DNA of 59,531 nucleotides from a virus (Duplodnaviria; Caudoviricetes): IMG/VR virus record IMGVR_UViG_3300033148_008638, positions 1 to 59,531 of that record; one strand, 5' to 3'. Shown piece by piece: positions 58,017 to 59,531 of this stretch (position 1 is its first letter; each line of letters starts with the position of its first letter). The notes under the pieces were generated by a model. It saw only the letters and a program-made list of their open reading frames with translations, ran no database searches and was not told where the DNA came from. The position numbers and the translations under genes were made by a program.

Positions 58017-58559
58017 ATGAAAAATTTAATTGTCTCTTTAGACACATACTCGTGGATACGGTACTGTTCTGCTACGATAATGAGAGATCCTAGTACATTT
58101 GAAGTTATTATTATACGTTATGATTCTGATAAACCAATTTACAACTGTCCTCAACTTTGTAGAAATGCAGTGTACGAACAAAGAAAATCTGATCTCTTCA
58201 GAATCGGTAAAGAATTAGGTATCAGAAGACTCTACAACTTAAACTATCCTGAAGACTTCGATATAGAAAAGTTAACTGTAGAATTACAACTAAGAGTTGG
58301 GTTAGGCTTCACACAAAGAATATATCATCAACATGATAAAATATTGAGTGATATATTTGATAAAATAAGACAGAAAACAAATATAGAGATATATTCTTAT
58401 GGTAAAGGATATTTTGGGCATCAAAGAGAAGTTAGAATAAGAAACGTCTTGTCAGCAGATGAGGCAGCAGCCAAGATGAATCTACGAAAGCTTATGATAG
58501 GTATATCTGATACTAAAGAATTAGAATTTCCACTAATAGTAGAAAGATTTTTCACATAA
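58017..58559 (+). CDS. hypothetical protein, weak LmbE/PIG-L-like resemblance
   Basis: GKELGIRRLYNLNYP and terminal ERF; no clear catalytic HxDD. Confidence 0.35.
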   Translation: MKNLIVSLDTYSWIRYCSATIMRDPSTFEVIIIRYDSDKPIYNCPQLCRNAVYEQRKSDLFRIGKELGIRRLYNLNYPEDFDIEKLTVELQLRVGLGFTQRIYHQHDKILSDIFDKIRQKTNIEIYSYGKGYFGHQREVRIRNVLSADEAAAKMNLRKLMIGISDTKELEFPLIVERFFT

Positions 58560-58585
58560 ATAATAGGTGATGGGGTGTAGGTACT

Positions 58586-59299
58586 ATGTCAATAAATAAC
58601 AAATTAGGGGATCCAAACCAAAATAGCTACGTTACAGCTACACAAGCAGATGCATACTTTGCTAACAGAAGAAATGCTGCTGAGTGGACTGCGTTATCAG
58701 TTACTGCTTCTAAAGAAGAAGTACTTATTCAGGCAGCTAATGATTTAGAAACATTTAACTATATAGGTGAAAAGTACTATGATTCTCAAGGATTACAGTT
58801 TCCTAGAGACGATCATGAAACGAAAACAGGTGATTGTGCTACTCCATTTACTATAAACTCATTTTTAAATTCTGGCTTATATAGTACTACATATGGGAAG
58901 ATACCAGCTAACTATTGGAAAGATGGTACTTGTCATATTACAGCAGGGACTCCACTATATGATATAAGACAAATAAAGTCTTCATCTGCAACAAATGGTA
59001 AAATTACAGTAGTAGAAGATTTTACTGCTACGCCAAATGCAAATACAGACTTCATAATATTTGCTCCTATAGACAAAGAGATACGAGATGCTCAATGTGA
59101 GCAGGCACTATACATTCTTAAAAATGCTAATATAGAAACTCTACAAGACTACAAGTCAATGGGGGCAGACAACGTAAAAATAGGAGATACCAGTGTAAGT
59201 TTTAGGAAGGGCAGTAGTACCAAAACAGCTATATCACCAGTGTCTAGGAAATTACTTAGTCGATTTATGAAGAGGACTTTTACAGTGCTAAGGGCATAA
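58586..59299 (+). CDS. head-tail connector/adaptor-like protein
   Basis: NSYVTATQADAYF, QGLQFPR, DAQCEQA, KIGD. Confidence 0.65.
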   Translation: MSINNKLGDPNQNSYVTATQADAYFANRRNAAEWTALSVTASKEEVLIQAANDLETFNYIGEKYYDSQGLQFPRDDHETKTGDCATPFTINSFLNSGLYSTTYGKIPANYWKDGTCHITAGTPLYDIRQIKSSSATNGKITVVEDFTATPNANTDFIIFAPIDKEIRDAQCEQALYILKNANIETLQDYKSMGADNVKIGDTSVSFRKGSSTKTAISPVSRKLLSRFMKRTFTVLRA

Positions 59300-59531
59300 G
59301 GGGTGAATTGTGGATGCCTTTTAAAAGTAAGAAACAAGAAATATGGATGAAGATCAATAAACCCAAGATGTGGCGTAAGTGGGTTAAGAAATATGGTCAT
59401 TATAGATCTAAGAGACGCAGAAAGAAAAAGAAATAAGGAGATGAGAAATTATGTCTAACCGAAATGGTCGGGGACGTCTCAATCAAGGCAGAAACTGTGA
59501 TGCTAAAGCTAGATCTGCAAGGATAGGCGGT

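Noticed and set aside
59300-59312. GGGGTGAATTG matching the intron P3/P element
   Set aside because: No Q, R or S elements follow; better explained as RBS plus GTG start of the next gene

Overview
Segment of a large, AT-rich dsDNA tailed-phage genome (Caudoviricetes) with two divergent arms that switch strand at about 27.5-28.0 kb. The left arm (- strand) carries early and replication genes: UDG-PolA fusion, DNA methyltransferase, sliding-clamp-like protein, primase-helicase, a lambda-O-like initiator with internal iteron-like repeats, RNA ligase, SNF2 helicase, a MoxR-AAA/VWA module and many small paralogous ORFs. The right arm (+ strand) carries tRNA-Gly, an apparently complete GDP-D-glycero-alpha-D-manno-heptose pathway (hddA, hddC, gmhA, gmhB, transaldolase), terminase, portal, a trypsin-like protease, scaffold, head genes and a ~10 kb glycan-tailoring cluster. 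The main finding is hidden from the ORF track. The major capsid protein gene (42941-45689) is split into six exons by five group I introns, and splicing rebuilds a continuous 322-aa ORF. Four introns are ORF-less relatives that all sit after a GAT. Two of those four lack the P7/R catalytic-core strand, which means either trans-dependence or an assembly artefact. The fifth intron carries a LAGLIDADG endonuclease. All calls come from manual motif reading; no database searches were run.
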